Source of the DNA: Alphaproteobacteria bacterium
GTDB lineage: Bacteria > Pseudomonadota > Alphaproteobacteria > UBA6615
Assembly (NCBI GenBank): GCA_965261975.1
Contig: CBDHEC010000059.1
Coordinates: forward strand, 1-48,098
Reading direction: 5' to 3'
DNA length: 48,098 bases
Below the pieces are notes generated by a model that was not told the DNA's origin, made no database searches, and was given only the letters and a program-made list of their open reading frames with translations. How positions within the stretch are numbered: position 1 is the first letter of the stretch; every line of letters starts with the position of its first letter. The position numbers and the translations under genes were made by a program. Below are positions 1 through 9,570 of this stretch, in pieces.

Positions 1-691
1 GGCATCGCCAACCGGATCGACCCGGAAGAACAGGTCCGCGACATTCTCGCCGCGCGCATCTGGCTGGCCGCGCGCGCAGAAGTGGATTCTGCCAGAATAG
101 GCCTCATGGGCCTGAGCCATGGCGGCGGCGCCTCGATCAAGGCGGCGGCCGTCGATCCCGGCATCGCCGTCATCGCGACCGTGGGCGCGCCGGGCAATGG
201 GGAACGCTGGCAGCGCTCGAAGCGAACGGCGGCGGAATGGGATGAACTGCAGGAGGCCCTCGCCGCCGACCGGATTGCGCGCGCGCTCACCGGTGAATCG
301 AAACGTCTGCCCTACCAGCAGGTCTCGCCCCCGGGCCCGGCCGAGCGGGACGCCTTCAAGACCATGTACAAGACCGAGGATGCCTATCCCGGACGGCTAT
401 CCGCTGGAGAATGTGGAACTGGCCATGCGGCTTCAACGCCGAGGACTGGGTGGGCCGGATCGCGCCGCGACCGCTGCTGCTCGTGCATGGCGCCGAACGA
501 CACCATGGTGCGGATACGAAGAGGCGCGAGAACGCTGTATGCGTGCAATGCCGGTGAGCCCAAGGACATCGCTCCACACAATCCCGGGCATCAATCACGC
601 CGAGGTTTATGAACCGCGCAAACCCGGCGGTCTATGCCCGAGGTGATCGAAAAAGCTGCTGGAGTTCTATCAATGGCGCACCTGGCTCTAA
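1..691 (+). CDS. Alpha/beta-fold hydrolase, 5'-truncated by the window edge and frameshifted
   Basis: Frame from base 1 reads ...EQVRDILAARIWLAARAEVDSARIGLMGLSHGGG (G-x-S-x-G nucleophile elbow). The C-terminal part (IAPRPLLLVHG..D; PGINHAEVY) appears in shifted frames. End is approximate. Confidence 0.7.
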
Positions 692-1460
692 ACCTCGCCT
701 GCGCGCTTTTGACCGTGATTGTCTGCTGGCCGGCATGGCGCCGTTGCGCAGGCGCAGGACATTCCCGTGGATGTGGAACTGGTCCTTGCCGTTGATGTCT
801 CTGCGTCCATCGATGGCGGCGAAGTGAATCTGCAACGGGTGCCGGCTATGTCGCAGGCCCTGACCGATCCGCGTGTCATCGACGGCGATGAAGTCCGGAC
901 CGTTGGGACAGGGTTGCCCTGGCCTATGTGGAATGGTCCGAGATCGGCAGCGGGTGACGGTTGGCTGGCACGGTGATCGCCAGCGCCGAGGATGCCGCGG
1001 CGGTTCGCAGTCGGCCATTCAGGACGCCAACCCAATCCCCAAAGGGCGGGCTGACCTCCATCACCACGCGCACTCGAATTTCTCATCCGGATCTGTTCGA
1101 GAGCCAACGGGATCGAGGGCACCCGCCGGGTGATCGATCTCTCGGCGGATGGGCGCGATTCCCAGGGGGATCGAACAGCAGGTCTGCAGACGGCCCGGGA
1201 CCGTGGCTATGGCGAAGCGGTATCGTACCATCAATGGCCTGGTGATCAATCCGCAGCAGGAACAGAGCGGAGGTCGAAGGGCGTGAAATACGATCTCGAA
1301 GGCTATTTCCACGAAGTGGTGATCGGCGGCCCCGGCGCCTTCACCGTGGTGGCGGAATCTTCCGACGGATTTTCCGCGCGTACCGTGGTGAGCAAGCTGG
1401 TGCTGGAAATCGCATCGCGCCCGACTGCACCGGGTGATCTGGCGGCGCAAGAAATTGGGT
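673..1460 (+). CDS. DUF1194 (vWA-like) secreted protein, frameshifted
   Basis: Signal-like N-terminus from ATG 673, then VDVELVLAVDVSASID, IDLSADG and YFHEVVIGGPGAFTVVA...KLVLEIA spread over several frames, as typical of DUF1194. End is approximate. Confidence 0.75.
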
Positions 1461-1560
1461 TTCGGCCCGGCGGGAATGATGTGATACGCAACGCGGTTCC
1501 GCCATGCTGTCCGGAATTCAATTCAAAAGCCACGAACACGAATTTCAGGGGAAAGAGGCC

Positions 1561-2465
1561 ATGGCCGTGAACAGCGAAATCCGAGATTGCATCGCGCCGG
1601 ACCGCAACCCGCGCAAACCGAACATCACTCTGCCTGCAAGGGCTCGATCGACACCCACGTCCATGTCTTCTACGACAAGCTACCCGCTTTCGCCCGGACC
1701 GCGGCTACAATCCGCCGGAATCGACCCTGGAAGACCTCAAGCATCTCCATTCGCGACGCTCGGCATTGACCGCGTGGTGTTCACCCAGCCGTCCGTCTAT
1801 GGCACCGACAATTCGGCGATCCTTGACGGGATGAATGCGCTGAACGCGGAAACCCCGGGTCGTGCACGTCGGCGTCTGCGCCATCGACCATGGACATCAC
1901 CGAACGCCGAACTGGCCAGCGAACTGCAGCGAGCAGGGCATCCGTTGGGGTGCGCCTGAACACCGACAACAAGGGCGGCATGCCCCTCGAGCTCGATCAG
2001 ATCGCCGAGCTCGAGGCGCGCATCAAGCCGTTCGACTGGCACATCGAGTGGCTGTTTCCGGGCAAGGACATCGTCGGCCTGATGCCGGTGTTCGAGAAGA
2101 TGACCACGCCCATGTCGATCGGCCATTTCGCCTATCAGCCGGCGGCCGCCGGCATCGAGGCCGAGGGCTTCCAGGCCCTGCTGAAGCTGGTGCGCGACGG
2201 CAACACCTGGATCAAGATTTCCGGTGCGAATCGTGTCAGCGCCACCGACCTGCCGCCCTATGACGATTGCCAGCCGATGGCGCGTGCGCTGATCGAGGCG
2301 AACCCTGACCGGGTGATCTGGGGCACGGACTGGCCCCATCCGAACAAGTATGAGGTCAACCCGAACGACGCCGACCCGGTCGAGGCCTTCGGCCAGTGGG
2401 TGCCCGACGAGGCCATGCGCGAGAAGATCATGGTCACCAACTCGGAAGCCTTCTACCGGTTCTAG
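1561..2465 (+). CDS. Amidohydrolase-2 family lactonase (2-pyrone-4,6-dicarboxylate lactonase/LigI-like), frameshifted in the 5' half
   Basis: DTHVHVF, VFTQPSVYGTDNS, WIKISGANR and WGTDWPHP motifs. RBS-like GAGG before ATG 1561. Confidence 0.8.
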
Positions 2466-2573
2466 TCCACAAGGTGCGGCTTTCCGCGTCCCGTTTCCTC
2501 TCCTAGACTGTCTGTCCGCTCACCCGGCTCCCTTTAGAAGGCCGGGGCGCGGACACGATGAGGAGGAACGGCT

Positions 2574-4986
2574 GTGGACAACGACACCGCGCGCGACACC
2601 GCGCGCTACGGCAGCGACCATGAAGCCCTGCGGAGCGAGGACGCACCGCTCCTGACCGGGGCGGGACGCTTCACCGACGACATCAATATCTCCGGCCAGG
2701 CCTATGGCGCCTTCGTGCGCTCGCCGGCGGCCCACGGGGTTCTGCGCGGGGTCGACGGCGCGGCGGCATTGGGGATGCCTGGCGTGCTGGCGGTGATCAC
2801 CGGCGCGGACCTCAAGGCGGCCGGGCTGGGGGACATTCCGCCGGCAATCAGCTTCCCCGGCAAGGACGGCATGACCATGGCGGCCGCACCCAAGCCGGTG
2901 CTGGCCTATGAGAAGGTCCGTCACGCGGGCGAGGCGGTGGCGCTGGTCGTCGCCGAGACGGCGGCCCAGGCGGCCGACGCGGCCGAGGCGGTTGAACTCG
3001 ACATCGAGAGCCTGACGGCGGTACCCGGGGTGGCGGAAGCGCTGGCCGACGGGGCACCGCAGATCTGGGACAGCGCCGCCGGGAATGTCGCCTTCGAATG
3101 GGAGCATGGCGATGCGGCGGCCGTGGAGGCGGCGTTTGGTGCCGCGGCGCATGTGTCTCGCGTGGAGTTGCTGGACACGCGCCTCGCGCCGGTCTCGATG
3201 GAGCCGCGTGGCGGCCTCGGCGAATGGGACGAAGCTCTCGGCCGCTACACGTTGACGGCACCGACCCAGGGCGTGGGGCTGGTCTCCAAGATGTTCGCGG
3301 CCCAGGTGTTCGGGGTCGCGCCTGAAAACGCTGCGCGTGCTGACCCATGATGTGGGTGGCGGCTTCGGCATGAAAGTCCCATCCATTTCCCGAATACGCC
3401 GCCATATCTGTTCGCCGCGCGCGTCAGGTCGGGCGGCCGGTGAAGTGGTGCAACTCCCGGTTGGAAAGCTTTCCTCGCCGACACCGCAGGACGCGATACC
3501 CTGATCGATGCGGAGATGGCGTTTGACGATGCGGGCAAGCGTGATCACTGGCGCTCCGCGTCAACAATCGTGTCGGGATGGGGGCGTATCTGACCACCTG
3601 TCTCCGCCATAGTGTTCTGCGACCAACAACACCAAGAATTGTCTCTGGCCAGCGTTTACACGGATTCCGGCGATCCATATCGATGTGACCATGGCGCTGA
3701 CCAACACCGCGCCGCTGGGCCCCTATCGGGGCGCGGGTCGGCCGGAAGCGATCATCGCCGATGGAACAGCTCCTTGACCGAGGCCGCGAAGGAGACTGGG
3801 GCATTGATCGGGTGGAGATTCGCCGCCGCAACATGATCCCGCCCGTCGGACGATGCCCTATGACCACGCCGAACGGGCCGATATATGATTCCGGCGAGTT
3901 CTCCGCTTGACCATGGACAAGGCGCTGAGCGCTCGCCGAATGGGACGGTTTCGCAGTCGCGGCGTGCGGCCAGTCCGAAGCAGCGGGGCAAACGCTTCGC
4001 GGCATCGGACATTGCGTGTTTTCTGGAGGTCGCCGGCGGCATCCTCGACGAGACGGTTGATCTGCGTTTCGAGGGCGATGGTTACGCGGCAACCCTGCGC
4101 ACTCGGCGTACAGGCCATGGGGCAGAGCCACCTGACCACCTACACCCGACTCATCGGGGAGCGGCTGGGTATTCCGGCTTCCAGGGTCCGGCTGATCGAA
4201 GGCGACAGCCTTGAGGTGCCGCCGGGCACGGCCAGTCGGTGGCCTCGCGCTCCATGATGATGGCGGGCAGTGCCATGGCGCATGAGCTGTGATACGGCGA
4301 TCGAGAAGGGCCGTGCGCTGGCGGGGCATGTGCTCGAGGCGTCCGCCGACGGATGACGTGGAATTCGCCGACGGGGTGTTCCGCATTGCAAGGGCACGGA
4401 CCGGGAGATCGGAATTCATCGAACTCGCCGACACAGATCAAGGGGACCCTGGATCTGCCCGAGGAGCTGGCAGGCGGGCATGGACGCAGCGCGAAAAGTT
4501 CGTTTCGAGTCTGCCCAGATGACCTTTCCCAATGGCTGTCACATCTGCGAGGTCGAGATCGACCCCGAGACACGGGCACGGTCGATGTCGAGTCGGTTAC
4601 ACCGCGGTGGACGATGTCGGGAACGTGTTTGAACGAGATGGTCGTCGAGGGGCAGATCCATGGCGGCATCGCCCAGGGTCTGGGGCAGGTGCTCGGCGAA
4701 TGGGTGGTCTATGATGACGGACGGTCAGCTGATGACCGGCTCCTTCATGGATTACATGATGCCGCGGGCCGATGACTTTCCCGATTTGTCGGATGTTGGG
4801 CATCACTCGGTTCCCGCGACGACGAACCCGATCGGGGTCGAAGGGGGCTGGCGAATCCGGTGTTGCCGGGCGCGTTGCCCTCGGGCATGGCCGCGATTCT
4901 CGAACGCACTCGACAGCGCGGGCGCGGGGCCGATTGATTTGCCGATGACGCCCGGCGCGGGTCTGGTCGGCGCTGCAGACAGCTAA
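2574..4986 (+). CDS. Xanthine dehydrogenase/CoxL-family molybdopterin-binding large subunit, multiply frameshifted
   Basis: RSEDAPLLTGAGRFTDD, FVRSPAAHG, MEPRG, VGGGFGMK, PYRGAGRPE, EGQIHGGIAQGLGQ, GSFMDYMMPRA and TNPIGV motifs across frames. Confidence 0.85.
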
Positions 4987-5011
4987 AGAAACCAGCAGGG
5001 AGGGGGCGAAT

Positions 5012-5726
5012 ATGGCACGCACGGAAGACATTCAGGTGCACGCTGCGCGATGGATCGCCAAGATGGGCGCGCATGTCGCTTATCCGGACCGGGAGCCAGC
5101 GGGTGCGATCATCGCGATCATGGAAATCTGGGGTGTCAACGACACCATGCGCCATCACGCGCAGGAGTTTGCCGAAGCGGGTTGGATCACCCTGGTGCCG
5201 GACCTGTTCTGGCGGCAGGAACCCGGTGTCGAGCTGTCGGATGCCAATCAAGGACCACTGGGAACAAGGCCATCGATCTCTACTACGATTTCGATTACGA
5301 CCTGGGCGTTCAGGACATGGAGGATACGGCCAGCCTTATCTGCGTACGCCATTCGACGGCGGCAATGGCAAAGTCGGCACGGTCGGGTACTGTCTGGGCG
5401 GCAAGATGGGCTATCTGATGTGTTGCCGCTCCGATATCGACTGCGCGGTCGCCTATTACGGGACCTATATCGAGCATTCGATCAAGGAGGCGCCGAACCT
5501 GTCGAAGCCGTTCATGCTGCACCAGGCGCTGGCCGACAAGTGGGTCCAGCCCGAGGTCTGCGCCATGATCGAACGGCGGTTATCGCCCAATCCGCTGGTG
5601 GAGATTCACAAATATCCCGGCGCGGACCATGCCTTCGCGCGCCACGGCGGGACCACCTACAGCGCGCCCGAAGCCGAGCGTGCGCTGGCGCTGTCTGTCG
5701 ACTTCTTCCACAAGCATCTGGACTGA
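5012..5726 (+). CDS. Dienelactone hydrolase family protein, frameshifted
   Basis: EIWGVN, VPDLFWRQEPG, G-Y-C-L-G-G nucleophile motif, YPGADHAF catalytic His. Confidence 0.85.
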
Positions 5727-5736
5727 GGAGCGCGCC

Positions 5737-6795
5737 ATGGCCGACGCCGCTTTACAGGAAACCATCGAACATCGTTTCCCGCGGTTGATGGCCGCCGGGC
5801 TCGACTATAACGACGCCCAGACAGTCCTGGGCACGATCACCCGGATGGAAGAGTGGATGCCGGTCTGGGAAGGGCTGGCGGAGGCCCATGAGGCGCTTGG
5901 TGACGCGGCTCTGGCCGATGGGCGGACTTTGACCGCCGGCGAGGCCTTCGTGCGCGCGGCGCTCTACTATCATATCGGCCAGTCGGTCTCCTTCGGCGAT
6001 GCCGAGGCGAAGGCCCAGATGCAGCGCCGCCAGCGCGCGGCCTATGCCAAGGCCGCACCGCATCTCAGCCCGCCCGCCCGGGTCATCGATATCCCCTTCG
6101 ACGGGGACAGCTTCCCGGCCAACCTGCGCGTGCCGCAGACAAACGGACCCGCGCCGTGCGTGATGATCACCTGCGGCGGGGACTCGACCAAGGAAGAGTT
6201 TCACACGCTGGAGAACGAGTTCCTCAAGCGAGGCATCGCGACCTGCGCCTATGACGGGCCGGGCCAGAGCCTGACCATGCTGAAATGGCGCATCCGCCCC
6301 GACTGGGAGGTGCCGGTGGGAGCGGTGCTCGATGCGCTGGCGGGCCGGCCCGAGATCGATGGCGACCGCATCGGAATCTGGGGGCGCAGCTTCGGCGGCT
6401 ATGCGGCACCGCGCGCGTCGGTCGACCCGCGCATCAAGGCCTGCGTGTCCATTGGCGGGTTCCACAGCATGTCGAGCTTCTGGGGCGACATGCCGTTCGC
6501 GGTGCAGGACACGCTCAGGTTTGCCTTCGGCGACGAGACGGTGGAGGACGCAGCCGAGACCGCGAAGCTTTATACTTTGGACGGGGTTCTGGGCCGGATC
6601 GGCTGCCCGTTGCTGATCGTCCATAGCGGGCTCGACGAAATCTGTCCGGTCGAGGAATCACAGAAGATGATCGATGAGGCCGGCGACGATGCCGAGTTGG
6701 TGGTATTCCCCGACGGGAACCATGTCTGCGACAATATCCCGTTCAAGTCGCGGCCGCTGATGGCGGACTGGATGGCGACGAAACTGGGTGCGTGA
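5737..6795 (+). CDS. Alpha/beta hydrolase of the 2,6-dihydroxypseudooxynicotine (C-C bond) hydrolase type
   Basis: Intact ORF from ATG 5737 (RBS GAGGAG). GGDSTKEE, DGPGQ, GRSFGG and DGNHVCDN...RPLMADW motifs. Confidence 0.8.
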   Translation: MADAALQETIEHRFPRLMAAGLDYNDAQTVLGTITRMEEWMPVWEGLAEAHEALGDAALADGRTLTAGEAFVRAALYYHIGQSVSFGDAEAKAQMQRRQRAAYAKAAPHLSPPARVIDIPFDGDSFPANLRVPQTNGPAPCVMITCGGDSTKEEFHTLENEFLKRGIATCAYDGPGQSLTMLKWRIRPDWEVPVGAVLDALAGRPEIDGDRIGIWGRSFGGYAAPRASVDPRIKACVSIGGFHSMSSFWGDMPFAVQDTLRFAFGDETVEDAAETAKLYTLDGVLGRIGCPLLIVHSGLDEICPVEESQKMIDEAGDDAELVVFPDGNHVCDNIPFKSRPLMADWMATKLGA

Positions 6796-6939
6796 CCGGT
6801 CTTCGTTCACGGCAGTGTTACCGGGTCCGAGCCGTGCGCAACTGTCCCGCCAAGGGTTGCATTGTGCTATAGTAGAGGCAATTGTGCGGCTAACGCATAA
6901 CCAAGAACAACCGAAGTCATAGGCAAAAGGAGGCCCACG

Positions 6940-7767
6940 ATGTCTGATGCACCGCAGCCTGTTTACAACAACAAGCGTTTCCGCGTGGTTGACTACAACT
7001 TCGATACCTTTGTCGGCCCGCAGGCGGGCGACAAGTATATCGATGCCACTTTCACCGATCTCGAAACGCGCGAAGAGGTGAAACTGTCGGATTTTGATGG
7101 TCAGTGGACCGTAATCGAGACCGGCTCGTCGACCTGCTCGATGTATACGAAGAACATCAAGACCTACAAGGACATCACCGAGAAGTTCTCCGACGTGAAC
7201 TTCGTCATGGTCTATGTCCGCGAGGCCCATCCCGGTGAGCGCATGGGTCCGCATCAGAACATGGAAGACAAGTTCAAGGCCGCGGCCCTGGTCGCGCCGC
7301 GCTACAAGGAATTCCGCCGCGTTCTGGTCGACAATCTCGAGGGTGACTTCCATCGCGCCTATGGCGCCATGCCGAACGTCGTCTACATCATCCGCCCCGA
7401 CGGCACGATCCACTATCGCTGCAACTGGGCGGCCCCGCACCTGATCGAGGCGGCGCTCGAGGACCGTGAGAATTATCACAAGATCGAGAATGCCCCGACC
7501 GCGGAGCTGCGCGCCTCGCGTGCCATGCCGCACATGATGCGGACGATGTGGACCGGCGGTGCCATCGCGCTCTACGATTTCTTCAAGAACGCGCCGTTGA
7601 CGGTCGCCAAGCATGTGCAGATCGACCGCTATTACGAGAAACATGGTCGTTTCCGGAACCAGCCGCTCTCCCAGGAAGAAGTTGCAGCCCGGATCGCGGC
7701 CGGTGAAGCCGACGCGGATGCCGCGCCGTCGCCGGATCAGGCGTCGCCGAAACAGGCCGCCGAGTAA
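6940..7767 (+). CDS. Iodothyronine deiodinase-like thioredoxin-fold protein (Cys form)
   Basis: ETGSSTCSMY followed by VYVREAHPGE, VLVDNLEG, YGAMPN and YIIRPDG. Strong RBS AGGAGG. Confidence 0.75.
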   Translation: MSDAPQPVYNNKRFRVVDYNFDTFVGPQAGDKYIDATFTDLETREEVKLSDFDGQWTVIETGSSTCSMYTKNIKTYKDITEKFSDVNFVMVYVREAHPGERMGPHQNMEDKFKAAALVAPRYKEFRRVLVDNLEGDFHRAYGAMPNVVYIIRPDGTIHYRCNWAAPHLIEAALEDRENYHKIENAPTAELRASRAMPHMMRTMWTGGAIALYDFFKNAPLTVAKHVQIDRYYEKHGRFRNQPLSQEEVAARIAAGEADADAAPSPDQASPKQAAE

Positions 7768-7799
7768 CGCCGCGCTCGCCGACATTATCGTTTGACGGT

Positions 7800-7837
7800 G
7801 CCGGCCGTCCGCCTCGCGCGGGCGGCCGGTGCCTTTT
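7800..7837 (+). terminator. Probable intrinsic terminator
   Basis: GC-rich hairpin GCCGGCCGTCCGC...GCGGGCGGCCGGT followed by CCTTTT, just after the stop at 7767. Confidence 0.5.
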
Positions 7838-7884
7838 CCGGCCCATCGTAAACCCGCCTGCCAACCCACCATGATCCGATCGCC

Positions 7885-9033
7885 ATGAGCGATACACCAT
7901 TTGCGACGTCGCTGCGTTTCGCCCTGTTCTACGGGGCGCTGTTTTTCGTGCTGGGCGTGTTGCTGCCGTTCTGGCCGATCTGGCTACAGAGCCGCGGCCT
8001 GTCGGCGGTCGATATCGGGATCATCCTGGCGGTGGGACCGTGGATGCGCATCCTCGTCGACCCCGTGATCACGCGGGCGGCGGATCATTCGGGTGGTGGC
8101 CGTCGCATGCTGGTCTTCGCCGCAGCCGTGAGTCTGATCGCTTTCGCGGGATTTGCGCTGGTCTCGTCCTTCTGGCTGATCCTGCTGATCACGCTGGTCT
8201 TCGCGCCCGCCTATCACGCGTTGATTCCGCTGGGCGACTCCCAGGCCATGTCTGCTGTTCTGCGTCACGGGCTCGATTATGGCCGCCTGCGGCTATGGGG
8301 TTCGGTCACCTTTATTCTCGCCACGCTGGGGGTCGGCGCGTTGCTGACCGGGCGTGACCCGGACCTGATTCTGATCGTGGTCGGCACCGGCCTTGTGGTG
8401 GTGCTGGTGACGACGCTCCTGCTGTGCGAACAGAATGAAGCGCGCGGGCACGCGCGCTGGTCTGATGTGCTGAGGTTCGTCCGTGACCCGCGTTTTCTCA
8501 CATTCCTGCTCGCCGCCAGCGCGGTGCAGGCAAGTCACGCCGTGCTCAACGGTTTTTCCGGCATCCACTGGAAGGCCGCGGGTCATTCGGAACTCGTGGT
8601 CGGGCTCCTGTGGGGCGGTAGCGTGCTGGTGGAGATCATCCTGTTCGCCTTCAGTGGCGCCGTCGTGGCCCGCTTGGGCGCATCCCGACTGCTGGTGTTG
8701 GGTGCGGCTGCGGCGCTGATGCGTTGGCTGATTCTGGCCGAAACCGTAGCACTGCCGGGGCTGGTGGTTGCACAACTGCTGCACGCACTCACCTTCGGTG
8801 CGACGTATCTCGCGACCATGCATTTCATCGCCGGTCATGCCCCCGAGGGCCTGAAGGCCACGGCCCAGGGAGCTTACGCATCGATCTCGGGTGTGATCAT
8901 GGGGCTGGCACTCATCGCCTCGGGCGAACTCTATGGCGGGTTCACCGGTGGTGCTTTCTACGGGATGGCCTGTCTGAGCGCTGTGGCCCTGGTCCTGGCG
9001 CTCGTCATTCAGTGGCGTGGCGTGCGCGGCTAG
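7885..9033 (+). CDS. MFS transporter, HcaT/3-phenylpropionate permease-like
   Basis: About 12 hydrophobic segments, with LPFWPIWLQSRGLS, DYGRLRLWGS and QLLHALTFG motifs. Confidence 0.8.
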   Translation: MSDTPFATSLRFALFYGALFFVLGVLLPFWPIWLQSRGLSAVDIGIILAVGPWMRILVDPVITRAADHSGGGRRMLVFAAAVSLIAFAGFALVSSFWLILLITLVFAPAYHALIPLGDSQAMSAVLRHGLDYGRLRLWGSVTFILATLGVGALLTGRDPDLILIVVGTGLVVVLVTTLLLCEQNEARGHARWSDVLRFVRDPRFLTFLLAASAVQASHAVLNGFSGIHWKAAGHSELVVGLLWGGSVLVEIILFAFSGAVVARLGASRLLVLGAAAALMRWLILAETVALPGLVVAQLLHALTFGATYLATMHFIAGHAPEGLKATAQGAYASISGVIMGLALIASGELYGGFTGGAFYGMACLSAVALVLALVIQWRGVRG

Positions 9034-9560
9034 ACGTCGACCCAGTCGTCGCCGACCTTGAGGCGGTGGCCGATCTCGCAGGGCAGGGTGAGCGCCTGCT
9101 CGGCAAAGCAACCCTTCTTGGCCGCCTCGATCAGCCGCTTGAGGTCATCAAGTGGTGCCGCGCTGTCGACATCGATATCGATGTCGAAGCCCACGGGCTG
9201 TGAGACGTAGGGCTCGCGCCCTTCCTGTTCGAGGCGCCAGTGGAAGTTGGCGTTCATCTCGATATTCTCCACGGGGATGCGCAGGCGCTTGGCGAAGGCC
9301 TTCATCTGGGTCATCAGGCAGGTCACGACCCCGGCCGCGAAGTAGTGCAAAGGCATGGGTGCCGAGGCGTCGCCGCCATGGAGTTTGCCTTCGTCGGTCT
9401 CGAGCGTGACCGAGAAGTTCGAGAATTGCGAGGTGATGGTCACCTCGCTTTTCATTTTTCCGAGTGTGCGGGCCCTGGCATCGAACTTGATGTCGACCGT
9501 GCGCAGCTCGGAGGCGGCCTCACCGTTATCGGGTGCGGCCGCCTCGTCTGCTTTCGTCAT
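9030..9560 (-). CDS. OsmC/Ohr-family protein
   Basis: DEGKLHGGDASAPMP motif and two family-typical Cys (GVVTCL, KKGCFAE). Confidence 0.8.
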   Translation of the reverse strand: MTKADEAAAPDNGEAASELRTVDIKFDARARTLGKMKSEVTITSQFSNFSVTLETDEGKLHGGDASAPMPLHYFAAGVVTCLMTQMKAFAKRLRIPVENIEMNANFHWRLEQEGREPYVSQPVGFDIDIDVDSAAPLDDLKRLIEAAKKGCFAEQALTLPCEIGHRLKVGDDWVDV

Positions 9561-9570
9561 GAACCTATCC

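Noticed and set aside
1-5400. Programmed frameshifting or mass pseudogenisation in the left block
   Set aside because: Indels are numerous, irregular and hit unrelated adjacent genes while codon bias and motifs are preserved. This is the pattern of sequencing error.
6940-7767. Selenoprotein form of the deiodinase-like gene
   Set aside because: The catalytic position is TGC (Cys) and the ORF has no internal TGA.
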